Of a stretch of DNA of 64,000 bases, positions 14,410 through 27,330 are shown in pieces (the first letter of the stretch is position 1; each line of letters begins with the position of its first letter). The notes under the pieces are model-generated. The model saw only the letters and a list, made by a program, of their open reading frames with translations, was not told the DNA's origin and ran no database searches. The DNA comes from Raillietiella orientalis (taxonomy: Eukaryota). The stretch covers positions 992,001 to 1,056,000 of the forward strand of contig JAYWIR010000010.1 of the NCBI GenBank assembly GCA_036172245.1. Reading direction: 5' to 3'. A program made the translations under genes and the position numbers.

Positions 14410-15217
14410 CTTGGGGAGCGGTCTGCGTCGGAGATCCGCGCACGGCACCACGCGTCGCGGTTTCGAATCCCGCCAGAGGAAGGGTCGGCGCCGAGCGGTG
14501 GAGGGCGCATCCTGGGCTTCGATTCTCTCTCCCCTCAAGATGACGCTGCTTGGCCCACAGGCTTCAGGTGCGGTGTTGGTAGCGGACGGAAACCCCCGTA
14601 TGTCCCCGTTCCCGTTGACTCTCCGGGGTCCTTCCAGGACATCAAGGAGTCCTTCCGGGTTTCCTTCCGATCGTGAGAATGGGGCCGTCGCGTTCCCATG
14701 GGCTGGTTGGTTCTCCCATCGTGGGGTCGCCTCTTCAAAAGGCGAAAAGCTCACTGCTCCCTTCGGTAAAAGTCCCTTAGAGAAATCGGGAAGCGCTCCT
14801 TTCGCAGCCACCGCTTCAGAGGAAGGGGAAAGAAGAAGCGGCCTCCTACGGGGGGTCCTTCAAAGAGAATAAGGGAGAGGTGGTTCCTTTCGGGAACCCT
14901 TTCAGAGACAAACAGGGCGAGGGTTCCCTTTGAGGTTCCCCTTCCAAGCATAAGAGGAACGGTCCCCTTCCTCAAGAGTCCTTCCTGTATTCCATGTATT
15001 CAGTGTGATCCCTCGGGGTCAACCCTATAACTTGAAAAGTTGCTACACGCACCCTCGAGGCAGAGTGGACAGCGCTGAAGAGCTCCATGGACCCCCCACA
15101 AAGATGCGGACGGTTCTTCGGCACTCCGGAAGAACCAAAAAAAAAAAAAGAGGAAACCCTAAAAAGAGAGAAGGGAATGCTTGGAGGAAAGCAGCGAAGA
15201 GGGAAATTCTGAAAGGA
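14410..15217 (+). mobile_element. Family A SINE copy
   Basis: GGTTTCGAATCC at 14459-14470; ctccggggtccttccaggacatcaaggag; ccctataacttgaaaag..cacgcaccctcgagg; A-rich tract near 15137. Confidence 0.75.
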
Positions 15218-15249
15218 TTCCCATCATCCTGGTTCCCAGCAGTAACGAC

Positions 15250-16140
15250 CGACCTTCCCGCATGGTCGCTGCTCCCACGTGGCCTTTTCAGGAAATCTGC
15301 GTCGTCCCATCTCATCTCAGGGACGATCCACGTATTCTACGGCATGACCTCATGGGCTCTTGGACGCCACGTAGGCTTTCCCGGTCACCTTTCTGGTCTT
15401 GGCTCGTTACCCTTGAGGTTGAGCACGGAAGTCGCAGAGTCGCTCCTCATCGCTGCTGGCCTTTGGTCTGGCTGCGAAAGGGCACGAGCAGCAAGCTGCT
15501 GCCCATCTTTTCTGCTGCAGACGGGCTGAACTTACGTGTGGGACGGGCTGGCTGCGGGGAATGGAGTGGCAGTGGTCGTTATTTCGATGGCGCAATCGCC
15601 GCCGCTCCAAGATACCAGAAGGGGCGAGGGAACGTGACTTTCGCCAGAGCGGTCCGTCGAGGACTTGGAAAGGGCCGCCCCGATTTTCGAAATCCGGCCT
15701 GCCGATTCGACGGAAGGGGACGCGCCTCTGAATCCCTGGTTCGCGCGCAAGCAAGAGGGGGGAGACCCGGAAGGTTCCGCTCTCCAGCCGCCTCAAACAT
15801 CCGCGAAGCCCACATGCATTCCTGGAAGAGAAACGGGAAGGCGAACTCTACGGATGAGGGAGAATTCACCTTCCGGATGACTTTCTTCGATTTGGGCATT
15901 TTCGAGAATCCGCCGGATTTCGAACTGAGCCTTTTTTTTTTTCTTTTGCAGTCCTCACCGTCCCCATCCGCATGCGCTGTCCGTCTTCCACTTCTGTGGG
16001 CATGAGGTTACGAAAGACTTTCCGAACAAAGAACTCATACGCATCGGTTGGTGCCGGTTCTTGGGCGTGGCTGCTCCGGATGATTCGTTCTTTCGGAGAG
16101 TGTCTGGACCCATGGACCCCTAATGGAAGTACCACGGCCA
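15250..16140 (-). pseudogene. Decayed LINE APE endonuclease fragment
   Basis: LGVHGSRHSPKERII near the start (~NVxG...K) and an SDH near the end. Confidence 0.3.
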
Positions 16141-17559
16141 TATTGGATGTTAGCGGCAGGCAGGCATTTTGTCGAGACGGGTAGCCGCGGAGCGTCCAGC
16201 CCTCTCATCGCCTCTTCGCAGAGAGCCGACCGTCGGAGCTTTGGCGGTCTCCTGAATGCCCGCAATCGACAGGGAAGGCCAGGCAAGTCTTCCTGTCCCG
16301 GTCACCCTGAAGACTCCAGGAGTGCTCCCGACGGGACAGCCACTGCATGCCGACAGACGATGGCTGCTGACACCCATGCCCTACCGTAAGCACACGTGGG
16401 TTCCGTCTGTCGGTCCGCGATTTCCCGGTGATCTTCGCTGCTTCAGTTGGCTCTCGAACGGAGGCTGCGCCCGGGAGAAGTTTCTCAAGCGGAAGCGACC
16501 TCGAATCCTGGCGGGGACTCCCACGCCTCCTAGCCGCGAAAGTGAAAGTCGCCAGGCCTGGGACAAATCCGTCCTTCGTCGCTCCCGGTCAGGAACGAAA
16601 GCAAGCGAGAAACCGCCCGCTCGTCCCACCCCATCAAGGGCCCACTAGGCATGCTGACTATTCTTAGAACGGCGGCAATTTGAACCCAAGCGTGCGTGCG
16701 CCCGGTGGGGTCAGCGCGTTTCCCGCCCCCAGCTCATTTATGCATGACGTCAAGCCAAGCCCTCTGCTCGCACTGATCTAGATGCCAGCATCCCTCCTGT
16801 ACCGTTCTCGAAACCGGTCGATCCTCGAGATCTGCTCGACACGCAGCGGGCCGGAAAAGGGGCGGCGAGAAGAACCAGGAGACCTGGACACCTGTCTTCT
16901 CACCAAAGCGCCCGGCACATCTCTCTTAATGAAGCTGTACGCCTGCTTCCTCCCGCTCCCGCTGAAGTCTATGTCGCAGCTTGGACCATCAGTTTCCAGG
17001 TCGCGCGATACGTGGGGACCCTCACGCCGAAGAGGGCAAGTCCCCGCTGAAAAGGGGTCTCATACCGACAGCAAGAACGAGGGGAAATCTTCCCTCTCCC
17101 CCACTCTTCCCCCATCTTCTCTCTCGAAGGACGTGAGGCACCAAGGAGCGGACGAGAAAGCGGTTGGAATTCTTCCAGCCTCCGCGCCGGTCACGACTCT
17201 CCTCGGGCATCCGACGACCGCGGCGACCGGGCAACTCCGGAATTCCGACGGCCTCTCTCACTTCTGCCGGAGCTCTCGGCCCGTCCGTCTTTGATCTTCT
17301 CTTCGCTCCGGAGGCTCGTAATTCTCCTCCAGTCCTCCGCCCTTGACTCCGGACCTCGGAGCGAGGGAACCGGGATCGGATTCCGGCAGCCGCCGTTTCG
17401 GATGAGACCGCGCTCGGAGCTGCTGCCTCCTTCCGGTTGCCTTTCCCATCCCACTCCATCCTCCACCCAGAACCCGGACCGTTCCTCCGAAAGTCTCCCT
17501 TGCGGTGGAGACTCTTCTCCCACCGCCAGTCGGGAAGCGCAGGAGCAAGCAGCCGGCCC

Positions 17560-19330
17560 TCCGTACCATCGCGCACGCTGCTCCTCCATGGAAGGACATC
17601 CCGTTTGTCAGCGTATTTGTCTTTCATGGGGAGCTCCCTCATAGACTGATCGCAGTCTGTTGTGGGAATTGCCCTGCACTGGAAGGTGTGCTGCCCTCTG
17701 GTCCAGCGCACTTCTCTGTTCTGGACCGGGAGGATGGGTGGAGGAAAACCCACAGAGTGCGGGGGTGGACCAAGTGGGATCCTCGCGCGCCATCTTGGAA
17801 TTTCCCGGCTCGGCTTCGTGCACTTCCGTCCTTCCTTCAGAAGGGCCCCCGCGCCAATGGTTCCCTGCTTCCACCCTTCTTTCTCCTCCGCGGGGGTCCC
17901 GCGTCCCTCAGTCGGCGCTGCTCGAATCTCCCGCTAGCCATAGCAGTAGAGCTCTGGTGGAAACCTGTTTCTGGCTTCCGCTGAGAGGTCTCTAGCCGCA
18001 GGGGGCCGCGGTGCGGCCTTTCAAAATCCTTCACCGTGGTAAAGGAGGAGATTCTGGGAGGCGGAGGGATTCCTGGGTGCTGCCCTGCTTTCTCCGCGCG
18101 CGCGAAGACGTCCGAGAGTCTCCTGCGGCTTCCCCGCGCTGCCTTGAGGAACATGCCGAGGAGCGCTCCTCATTGCGTGGGGGCAGCCACCGGTGCCAGC
18201 AGCCACTCGGCTGCACCGGACAGTGTCTCGGGGCTCCCGCCCCGGAGACGAGCAGTCGGGAAGCTCTCAGGAAGCGCTGGCCTTCCCAGCCTCTGCGGGG
18301 TGCTCGGACCGCGGGTGGCATCGGCGTGGGAGAGGCAGTGGTCGCCGCTGGAGCGTCCTCGGACTCGAAGGGATGCACAACCGTGGGAGTCCGGATGCTG
18401 GGTGGTGACCATTCACCGTAGAGCTTCCAACTGCGGGATAGCTCCAGAGTTCCTGCAAGGGGCCGCCGCCCCCTCGCTCCGAAAGTAGACCACCTCCTGG
18501 CGCAGCGCTTCCTGCGCGTGGATCCAAGAAAGGGTCCCGCAGGCTTTTGGCTGGTCTCGCCGGCATTGAGAGGGTGGTGAATTTTGTGACCATCAGTCGC
18601 CCCGAGGCGATCATCGTAAAGCGCAGCAGCGGCAAACACGCGGAGGAAAGGAAAGGGGGGGGGGGGGAAATGAAAGAATTCAGATGAGATCAGCAGGTTC
18701 TGCCAGCGTCCGCGGAGTGCCGGACGATCTGGCGAGAGGTCAGCTCGCGACTCGCCAGTGGTTGTTTGCCTCGCGGGAGTAGGAAGGGGGGAGGAAAATA
18801 GGTGACTTCTGCGCGCGAATTCCAGACGGTAAAGGGTGGAGGGACGGATCATTCGATGCCTTTCTGGGATTCCCCCGCCTTTTGCGCAGGATGCCGGCCC
18901 ATGCTCCACCCTCGGATCCACTAGGTGGACCTGACTAACCCCTCCTCTCTCGAGAAGGTATGGTGAGCAGCGTTCTCTTGGTCGACGCGCTCTTCCGGCT
19001 TTGCTTGGTGCCGCGACTGTGCCCTGGAGGCAGCTGATGGCAGCGGTCCCAGAGACCCCTCTGGGACCGCTGCGGGAACGAGTTGTCGCCGCCGCCGCCC
19101 GCGCGCGCCACCGTTTCCGCTAACCCTGCCGATCGCTTAAGCGCAGCGGCTGTCGCTCCACGGCAACGAAAGGGCACGGAGACGAAGGCGGTGACCGCCC
19201 TCCGCTCGGGGAAGGGCGGAAGCACCCTGTCGATGAACTGGAGGGATCGTCAGGGACCCGCGAGGGATTCCCGTGTCTGCGCTCGCCCCGCTCCCATCAA
19301 CACATCAGCACGTTGGAACCCGCGTGTAAC
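17560..19330 (-). pseudogene. Decayed Jockey/I/CR1-type LINE RT and C-terminus
   Basis: WAGILRK..GIP (~WHxGLLxKL..GIP), TTGESRADLSP (~GVPQGSVLSP) and ALYDD occur in order. Confidence 0.45.
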
Positions 19331-19849
19331 GCGCTGAATCATTTATGGCGAGGGAACCTGGGATGAGGGGGAGCATCCCCGTGGCTCCAGGCCTCCTCCC
19401 ATCCGCACGATTTGGGAGTTACGTGAATATTTCTGTCTAGGCCTCGTTTCTTGTATTTACAAAATGATTATGAAGTGCTGAGCGACATCAGCTACAGCAC
19501 CCTTGAGGATTCGCTAATGAGAAACCTCCCCCCCCCTGCTCTAATGAGACGAAGATGACGCCTTAATTAACGATGGTGTATGAATTATGCCTTAATTAAG
19601 ACGCTGAAACGAGGACGGAGCCCCTGCTCCCGCGAGAGATCCCCGCCGACGACGACGAGGAGAGCAGCCAGGCAACGAACGGGCGCCCCGCAACTTCTTG
19701 CACGGATCCCGAATTTGCACGCGCGCGCACGCGCGGGTTCTATTTATACGTCCCACCTTCGCACGCCGAGGTCTTTCGGATTTTCCTAGCACGTCTTCCC
19801 CTTCCTCGCGCGAGATCGCCGCGAGTGGCCGCCGGATGACCAGCTGGCC

Positions 19850-20648
19850 GCTTGCGGAGCGTAACTGCCAGCCGGAGCTGCGCCACGCACCGCGGATGGT
19901 GGACCGGTCGATGCGAACCGGGCCGGCTGCGTCCTCGAAGGCCGCGCGCGCTTGGGTGGTGCGCGCCGCTGAGAGCTGCGGTGGCGGTGAGGCGAGCGGC
20001 TCCGGGGGAAAGAAATTCATCCCCACCCACGCGGGGCAGCGGACGGCCCTCAGCCGAAAAGGCACGTCTGGATGCTCGCATCCGCGAAACGCCGCTCACG
20101 CTCAGCGAGGCCGTCCCGGGCAACGCGGAGGACCGGCCGTCTGGGTCGGCTTCCCGGACGAAAGGCTCTTCCTTCAAAGAACAGCACCTGAAACCAGCGC
20201 GGGCATCCGGTTTCCGGGTGAGCTGCCTCCCCTAACTGCTCCAGGAGGCGCGAGGCGATAGGATCGTTCCCCGCGCCTCTCCTGTTGGGACCGCAGCGCC
20301 CTCGCGGCGAAAGGAGGCCAACAGGATGGAAACAACCATCGTGAGGACAGCGGCAAGGTGGCTTCACCAGCCAAACAGGTCGCCAGGGAGGTCACCCCTG
20401 CCCAGAGCCTCTTCTAAAAGGAAAGGAACGTCCTCAACCAAAGACCCCCTGTCCCCACCCTTCCTGCATTTTTGCTTTATTGTCGCCTCCCTCCGTTCCC
20501 AACTTTATGAAAGGCGACCTGCGTACCGGTGATCATCCCTGATTAACTTTTTTTTTTTGCATTTCTTGCTTTTGAGGGAGGCTCTTCTTTCCCTCCCGTG
20601 GTTTGTTTTTTTAAATAAACGTCCCGGCGTGACGGGGTAAAAAAAAAA
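19850..20648 (+). mobile_element. Family B-related LINE 3' end with poly(A)
   Basis: Ends aaataaacgtcccggcgtgacggggt followed by A10. The upstream body is only distantly similar to other B copies. Confidence 0.5.
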
Positions 20649-20670
20649 CCAGAGCGAAGCATGCCATCTT

Positions 20671-21420
20671 GGCCCGCGTTGTCGGCCGTGCGGCTGCGGA
20701 GGCGGCTTCCGTGCGCGCAGCACCACGCTTCGTGGGTTCGAGTCCCGCCGGGGGAAAGGCCGACGCCGAGTAGTGGTGGGCGCTTCCTGGGTTTCGGATT
20801 CCCCTTGCAGGATGACGCTGGTTGTCCTACGGCCATCGGGTGAGGCGCAGGTGGAAGACGGAAACCTCCGGGATGCTCCCGTTCGCTTTGACCCTCCGGG
20901 GTCCTTCCAGGAATCAAAGAGTCCTTCCACGTTCCCCTCCGGTCGTGAAAATGGGGCCGTCGCGTTCTCGTGCAGCTGCTTGGTTCCCCCCCGGGTGTCG
21001 CCTCTCCAGAGTGTCCAAGAGGCGCATTGCTCCCTTCGGGGAGCGCCCCTCAGAGAAATCGGGAAGCGTCGCTTCGGGATTCTCTTCGGAGGGGGAAACG
21101 TGAAGCGAATCCTTTCCAGAGAGTTCCTCCGGAGAGAACAAGGGGTGATTCCCTTCGAAGTTTCCTACCAGGAGTAAGAAAGGAACGGAATCCTCTCTCC
21201 GGAGTCCTTCATGGATTCATAGAATGGTCCCCCTGGGGTTGTCCCCCATAACTTGAAGAATGACACGCACCCTCGGCTGGCGTGCACGGTACCGAAGAAG
21301 AGCTTCGTGAGCCTCCCTCCTCAAGGAAGAGGATGATTCTTGAGCACTCCTTGAGGACCAAAAGGGGAAAAAGAAAGCCGGAAGGAAAGCAGCAGAAGAA
21401 CCTCAAAGGACTTTCTCCGG
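20671..21420 (+). mobile_element. Family A SINE copy
   Basis: Head ggcccgcgttgtcggccgtgcggctg, GGTTCGAGTCC at 20735-20745; ctccggggtccttccaggaatcaaagag; cataacttgaagaatgacacgcaccctcgg. Confidence 0.75.
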
Positions 21421-22849
21421 CAATCGGCGCGGAATGAAGCAGGTCCAGAGACGTCCTAGGCATCTGTCCGGATTGAGCGGTCTCGAGAGGGAGGGGGGGG
21501 CAGCAAGCGGACGAAGGCGGAAGAGTCCCCGGTTTCCTGCGAGAAGTGAGCGAACCCGGAGGTTTCCCCACCAGCTGCTCTCGCAGCCCGGCGCCTCCGG
21601 CGGGCGAAGAGAGCCGGTGCCTCCGCGCTACAGGTTCTCACTCGGGACCACCTTGGGGAACCTCCAAGCGCCGACCGGGAAGCGGCTATGAGCGGGCGGG
21701 ACTTCCGCGAGACGAGGCGCGCGCACGTCGACCCCAGGCGAGCGCGGCGATCCGGACGTGCGCCCGACGGGAGGCGAGGGCGCCCTCCTCATTCGTAGAG
21801 GCCGATCTCCCGGGCTTTCTCACCCCTCGCGACGGTGCGGCGAAGCCAGCGGGTCTCTCTGGATACCGCGCTCGGTTTCCCACCCGACGCTCCCAAGCAA
21901 TGTCTGCCAAACAAAGACTCCTCTGTGTATACACAATAAACAGGCAGCAGCCCTTCTCGGTAACCCCGGCCTTCTTCGAGAAGGGAGGGGAAGGAGGAGG
22001 GAGGAGGATCCAACTGGCTTATCTCTGCTCTTCTTTGTCGCGTGGGCTCTCTGCTGGGGCTGATGGCCTCCTCTGATTGCCCGTCGCTCGGCAGCCAGCG
22101 AGAGCGGGGCAGCTCTCGAGTGGCGCGGCTGAGGCATTCCGCGTCCCGGATCTGCCGCCGCATCGGAGCTCCATGCAAACCGCATCCGGAGGGGGAGGAG
22201 AGGGTTACGCGCGCAACTAGAGGAGTTCCGGCCATCCGCTCCCTCCGCCCGGCCCGAGAGAGCCCACTCTGACCGTTCCCTGAGGCCGCGCCTTCCCCGG
22301 CCGCTCCTCGCGGGCCTGGACTCACCCGCGTGATCTCGGCGCCGACAACGCTCCAACGGGGGAACGACGGAAGGTAAGACGGCCCCAAGCCGGAAGTTTC
22401 GGGAACGTCTTGGTCTCCCGCGGAGGTCCGGCGAGGAACTTCTCTGACCGCGAATGTTCTCTGCATTTCTGGCCGCAAGGCGCGACCTCCGTGCCACCCG
22501 CGGGGACAGCTCGAAACAACTCCAAGCTTCGCGGAAGGGAAATGAAGGCGAGGGAGGTCCACGGGGCAGCGCACCGAGGGAACCTCTTCAGCGCGGTTCG
22601 GCTGCCGGCCGATGAACGGCTGGTGCACCGGCCCGCTCCGAGGCGCCCTCGCTTGCGGGATGGTTCTCTTTCCCTCGGTCTTCCGCGAGGAACTTCAAAT
22701 CGATGAGCAGGATGGCAAAGAACCGCGCGGGAAGTCACACCGCGACACTGCCGTCCACCTCCTCGTGGGCTTTCCCACGAAGATTGCGTGGATAGACAGT
22801 ACTCCCCTTGACGTAGAGCTGCCCTGCTTGAGGGAACGCATGGACAGCA

Positions 22850-23677
22850 GCCTTCTGGCTTCTTCAGGCGGAGGTTTCCACGGAGACCTCCGCCAGGAGA
22901 AGAGAACTGGGTGAGTGAACGACGGGCCACTTTTACGATGGGGTGAGCTGCTAGACATTCTGCAACGAAATCTACAGGAGCCCCCAATGCTCTTGGACAG
23001 ACGTACCCTCCTTCTAAAGTAGCAGGAGTCTGAGTTGGTGCTGCTGCACCGGGTTCTCTCGTGCAACGCCCATCGGCATGACTGGACACGGGTGTATATG
23101 GGCCCGAACTGTGGCAGGTACGGGGAGCTCGAATCCCTCCCGCACCTGCCTGTGGATTGGGTTGTCCTCTGACCCCTCTGGGAACACTTCTTCGCGACCC
23201 TAATAGTCCCCGGCGGCAACTCCAGGGACGCTTCAAGACCCCTCTTCCGACGCAGCCTCTCCAGCAGCTCTCTGCTGTCTGCTCGAGATTGTGGCTTCCT
23301 GGAGCGAAGCTGGAGGAGGACCGAGCGACAGGGGAGCCACATCCACTTCGCCGCACGCTTCATTTTGGACGGCAACCAGATGACCCCACCTGGAAAGTAC
23401 TGAGTGAACTTGCCAGCATCCTCGAAAGGATGCAGAGGACCCGTCCCCAGCAGAATCCTTCCCGCATCCCCTGCCCAATGGATTTATTTATTTATTTTTG
23501 TTTTTGCTTGCCCCCTCCCCTCTGTTGCGGTGGAGAACCCCACCGGTCTGCATGCCGGCAACCCGGCAGGTTTCCGTGGAAATGGATGTGGCTGAACCAC
23601 CGCTCCAACCACAGAGACTATGATTGTTTTTTTTTTTTTTAATACGAAATAAACGCCCTGGAGCACCCGGGAGATAA
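22850..23677 (+). mobile_element. Family B LINE 3' end
   Basis: Peptide LLHRVLSCNAHRHDWTRVYMGPNCGRYGELESLPHLPVDW (zf-RVT-like); T-rich 3' UTR; end aaataaacgccctggagcacccggg. Confidence 0.75.
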
Positions 23678-23699
23678 CCATCATGTGCTTGGACGTTGG

Positions 23700-24340
23700 G
23701 CAGCGCCCTCGCAAGAGGCGCGAATCTCTGTACTTCCGCAGGGCCCTAAGGAGCGATCCGAGGTTAGACCTACCGGTTCCTGACGGGGCTCTTGGAAAAC
23801 GAATTCCCGTCTGTGTGCGCCCCGCTCGCTGCGAGGTGGGAACCCGCCAAGGCGCACCTCGGACTTAGCAACGAGGGAGCCAACGGCAGGGGTCGCGTGG
23901 CGCGCAGTCTCGAGCGAAGGTTCGCAGCGGCCCCGTCGGAGGCGCTGCAGCTTAGGGAGAAAATCCTGCAGCTGCAGCTGGATCGAAGGGACGATTTCCA
24001 GCTATGGATAGCACCGGTGATGGATTGGGACCGGAATCCTGGAGAGGTGCCAGGTGCGCCAGTGGGACTTGTCCGCCGGACATGAGCAGCCAATCAGCAA
24101 GCGAGGCCCAAGACAGAAAGCAGGGAAACATCCGGCTCTCAACGAGCGCCTCAGCATTGGTCTGTCGGAAAAAAACGGAGGCTGCGGTCCGTCTGGCTCT
24201 TGCGAAGACCCTAGCTGCTCCAGAAAAACACCTGCAGCGAATCGAAGGCACTCCCTTTACCGCCCGAGGCGAAGGTGCGCTTCTTGCGTCCCTCTGTGTA
24301 GCAAGCGGACAAGGTGGACAGGCGTGGACGAGATGACTTC
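23700..24340 (+). pseudogene. Decayed L1/Tx1 ORF2 EN-RT linker fragment
   Basis: RWEPAKAHL...LERR...WDRNPGEVP resembles the W..K / W..GE linker of L1-type ORF2. Confidence 0.35.
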
Positions 24341-24839
24341 GGGTCGCCTGCCGGTTCTTGGCGACAGGCATCGAGGTTCTTAACGATGCATTAAAAGTGT
24401 CTTTGCGGCGCTAATGCCCCAACTTTCCATCAACACGTGAATCCGTTGGGGGAGGTCTCAGGCTTGGTCTCTCGATGATACCCTCTCCGCAGTCTCTAGG
24501 TGATGCTTGGAGTTCTGAGCGTGGCGAATCCGCGAATGCTTGCCGACGTCTCCCGAAGAAAGCGAGGCCACGGAGCTGCTGCGGAGTGGCCGCTACGAGA
24601 AAGTTGAACCCGGAGGTCATGCAATGCCAGATGAGCCCAAGGGTGGAAGGAGGGCGAGCTTCGGACGTGCAGTCCGGTTCTCAGAAGAAATGGCGACCGC
24701 GTGGACGGTCTATTCCCGAGTGCATCGGGCGCGCGCAAACGCGCAAACGAGCGCAGTTCTCGGCAGTGTTCCCAGTTCTTTGGAGTGGACCCATCCTGGC
24801 GCACCACGGATGGCACACGAGTTCCTGCGGGCTCTCTCT

Positions 24840-26380
24840 GGAGGCGTGGAGATTCTTCCGGGTTCTTCTGCTTCCCCCGCTTTCCCTCGATTTTTTTTTT
24901 CCTTCTTCTTCCTCCTCTTTTTCGGGTTTCCCCTTTTTTTGGGGGGTTCACCAAGTGCTGAAGAGCGGTTCGCCTCGTTGCAGGGGACTCACGAAACTCT
25001 TTGACACTGCCCACGCCACCCGAGGGGAATGTAATTCTTCAAGTTAGGGTTCATCATCCGCTCACGCCTTATAAAAAGGAAACATACATGTGTAGGGCCA
25101 CAGACCCTTCATTGTCCGAAATGCTCGGAACCTGTTGAGCAGCCGGCACTCAGGCCGGCAAGGTTCGCCTCGGCAGCGGAGGGGGGGCAGGGGGCAAACA
25201 GAAATAAAAATAAAACAAAGGCATATACACAAAATTTAAGAGGGCTAGAGAAGGGATCATCAGGAGCCTGAGGGCGTCCTCTGCATCCTTTCCAGGATGC
25301 CAGCAAGTTCCATCCAAGTATAACCCCAGGCGGAGCCACCTTGCTGCCGTCTGCAGGAAGCGCAGGGCAAAGCAAATGGCGTCCCTATCGAGCCCTTTTC
25401 CTCCACTGGCGTAGCTCCAAGCTGCCACAATCCCTCGCAGGCAGTAGCAAAGATCTGTTGGGGATGAGTCCGACGAAGAGACGTCCCTGGGATTGTCCGT
25501 CGGTGCACCAAAAGTCATTGCTAACGCAACCACAGGGGCCGGAGGGCAACACAGTCTACAAGCAGGTGCGAGATGCCAGACAGTTGGGGTCCACAGTCCC
25601 CCGGAACCAGTGAGACCGGCAGGCGTTGCACGGGAGTCCACAGTGCAACTGCAGAAGTGTGGACCCCTGCACACTTCGGCGCCAGGGGCCACTCGAGGTC
25701 TTCTTCAAGTTAGGGAGTCACCCGGGAGGGGACCACCCTACGAATCCAGGAAGACTCTGCAGGAAATGGCTCGTTCCCTTCTCACTCTTGGTAGGGGACT
25801 CAGAAGGGAACCCCCCATCCTAGCCGTCCCTTCGGGGACAACGGATCCCCGAAGGGGACTTCTTCCTCATTCTCACCGGACGGAACCCCCGGAAAGGATC
25901 TGCTCCTTGTTTGTTCCTCTGAGAACCCCGAAGGGGCGCTTACACAATTCTTTAAAGGTGCTCCTAAAAGGAACAGCGCACTTCATGGACACTGGATAGG
26001 CGACCCCCGAGGGACATCACCCAGCTCCATGGAACACGATAGAGGGTCTCCTCCCCCTAGGGGTGAGAGATGCCTCTACTTTCAAAACCGGAGGGAGGTC
26101 CGGAAGGATCCTGAAGGGTCAGCTTCCCATTCCTGCCACTCAACAGGGGCATCTAGGGGGTTCCACCAATGCCGCTGCACCCGAATAGGCTAGCCAGCGT
26201 CGCCCTGCGGGTGGGAGGGAGACTTGAAACCCACGACGCGTCCTCCGTTTCTTGGCGGGGATGCTCCCCACCGGCGAGATTCGAACCCGCCGCGGGTTTG
26301 CCGTTTGATTTTCGTCTGCGGGAGATCAGCAGGTGACGCCGGAGTTTCGTTGGCAGAGGCGCTCCGCCTTGACTCATGCG
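24840..26380 (-). mobile_element. Family A SINE copy interrupted by a family B LINE insertion (25050-25700)
   Basis: Reverse B-box gattcgaacc at 26278-26287. Body at 25701-26330 and 3' part at 24840-25049. ttcttcaagttaggg is duplicated at 25035-25049 and 25701-25715. Confidence 0.75.
25050..25700 (-). mobile_element. Family B LINE, 5'-truncated, flanked by a 15-bp TSD
   Basis: Shares gtcctctgcatcctttc..ggatgc..gcaagttc with other B copies. Flanked by identical ttcttcaagttaggg. Confidence 0.8.
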
Positions 26381-26499
26381 ACCGCCGGTCAAGCGTGTCC
26401 ATCATGGACACAGAACTGCACGACGTACAATGCCTTGAGCTTCCTGACCCAACACATCCGGAGGAGCCCAGGGCAGCTGCAGTGAAGCCCCATCATCTG

Positions 26500-27330
26500 G
26501 TGGAGTGGGGGGCGCGTCCGAAGCCCTTCGAGCAGATTGCCGAAGCTTCGACTCCGAGAGGGGGCAACCTCCCTCCGACCTCAACTGGAAGGGGGCGAAA
26601 CAACGGCAATGCCCAGGGAGCACAACCTGCGCTCCGGGGAGTCCGTGCCTAAGAGGGGTGAAAACAAAAGTCGTCGATGAACGAACGCCAGAAGAAGACG
26701 CGGACGATCGGCCACAGTTTCCCAAGCATAATGCACAGACGTTTGGGGGCATCGATCGCTGGGATGCGAGGGGGAATCTTCTGCTTTGCCGATCCAGCAG
26801 AGGGACGTCTTCCCCCTGTGGGACCGTTCTCGGACAGCAGGCGGGAAGACTCAGTCTCCATCGATAGAGTCGTTTCGGAATCTCGAAATTTTCTCTTGCT
26901 TCGCCTGCATCCCAGCAGGAGGGCGAAAAGGGCGAGAAGCGCTTCTTCCGAGACTCTCTTCTCCACCGCCTTGGCGCAGCGCAAGAGCTCGTGGCAGAAT
27001 TCCATTCCCATTTCCTGCTACTTTGTGGCTCCTCGCGAGGCCCCCCACGACTTGTCGAGGGAAGATGGGTCGTATCCCACCCTGCCAACTGTTACCCCCC
27101 GTCGTCCACAGAACCTGTTTCGCGGAGCGATCGCTCCCGTCCTCGGACGCGTCCCGAAGCGAAGGGATGTGTTGGGGGAGCGAACCGATTCGGATTCGTC
27201 AGCAGCTAAAGCGGATCGAAGGGAGTTCTTCCCTGGTTCTTCTTTCTGATGGTCGTTGGCTTTCAAGTGCTCCTCTGTCGATTCGAAAGAGGATGCTGCA
27301 ATTCCTTTCCGATGCTGTTGCAACGCGTTT
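26500..27330 (-). pseudogene. Decayed Jockey/CR1-type RT fragment
   Basis: TVPQGEDVPLL (~GVPQGSVLGPLL) followed by FIDDFC (~FADD). Confidence 0.45.

Noticed and set aside
18480..18535. KVDHLLAQRF as the NHE KIHHLLAEE motif
   Set aside because: It lies antisense to a LINE RT remnant and has no convincing splice sites.
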